Part shown: positions 47,589 through 48,343 of the stretch, one piece after another
Position numbering within the stretch: position 1 is the stretch's first letter
How the letters are laid out: each line of letters opens with the position of its first letter
From: Octopus bimaculoides
Taxonomy: Eukaryota
DNA length: 48,343 bases
Reading direction: 5' to 3'
NCBI RefSeq assembly: GCF_001194135.2
Contig: NC_068981.1
Span: forward strand, 165,749,547 to 165,797,889
Notes under the pieces: generated by a model
Databases searched by the model: none
Told to the model about the DNA's origin: nothing
Seen by the model: only the letters and a program-made list of their open reading frames with translations
Translations under genes and position numbers: made by a program

Positions 47589-47738
47589 GTTTAGATGCAG
47601 AAAGAAAATAGCTTAGTAGCTATCACACACACTGCCTTAAGTGAGTTCTCACTTCAAACTTGTCTTTTGCGATACACGCTTCGGCTTTCATAATGTCATG
47701 CAGAAGACACGTGGTTGCGATGATTCTTATAGGTCTTC

Positions 47739-48086
47739 TGGCACTCCGTCGCTTACGACGTCGAGGGTTCTAGTTAATCCGATCAACGGAACAGCCTGCT
47801 CGTGAAATTATCGTGCAAGTGGCTGAGCACTCCACAAGTAGTTCTCGGGGATATTCAGCGTGACACAGTGTGCCCCTTTGAATTACAGACACAACAGAAA
47901 CAGGAAATAAGAGTGAGAGAAAGTTGTGGTGGAAGAGTACAGCAAGGTTCGCCACCATCCCAAGCCGGAGCCTCGTGGAGATTTAGGTGTTTTCGCTCAA
48001 TAAACACTTACAACGCCCGGTCTGAGAATCGAAACCGCGATCCTATGACCGCGAGTCCGCTGCCCTAACCACTGGGCCATTGCGCC
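47739..48086 (-). mobile_element. Full-length SINE, family E
   Basis: Highly similar to 41097-41458 with small internal deletions; 13-bp TSD gattcttataggt at 47722-47734 and 48092-48104. Confidence 0.9.
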
Positions 48087-48282
48087 TACACGATTCTTAT
48101 AGGTAACCAAGTTGAATTAGTAATTTTCTCGGAGGTTCATGATTTACAGAATCACATGACTCGTTGAGGTTACAGAAATCCGTCTATCTATCTATCTATC
48201 GATTGATCGATTGATAGATAGATACATACAGACAGACAGACACATGCACGCGCGCACGTACGCACGCACGCACGCGCGCACA

Positions 48283-48343
<61 letters not shown>

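Overview
This is AT-rich, repeat-dense animal genomic scaffold DNA with 11 N-gaps, not prokaryotic sequence. The repeat families look like those of octopus (recognised from memory, not from a database search). One protein-coding gene is well supported: a three-coding-exon PIN1 (WW plus parvulin PPIase, 154 aa) on the minus strand, join(25843-25792, 18225-18034, 15779-15559). I rebuilt it by hand; the ORF track shows only part of the last exon. The rest is mostly tRNA-headed SINE families, an RTE-tail repeat, MITEs (hAT, piggyBac-type, one unclassified), microsatellites, and decayed transposons (R4/Dong-like, CRE-like, L1/Tx1, CR1-like, Tc1/mariner, hAT). Almost all other ORF-track entries are microsatellite or gap artefacts. 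I found no complete novel biological system. The best leads are: (i) a SINE subfamily whose target-site duplications start with CAATATT, including two copies stacked at one site; (ii) a head-to-tail SINE array whose three junctions all break at the same point in the A box; (iii) an R4/Dong-like element bounded by (CA)n at both ends; (iv) possible hidden transcription units in and near PIN1 (orphan NRF1/E2F promoter, poison exon, antisense exon pair, 60-bp palindrome). Family labels SINE-A/B/C/E and repeat D are my own working names.
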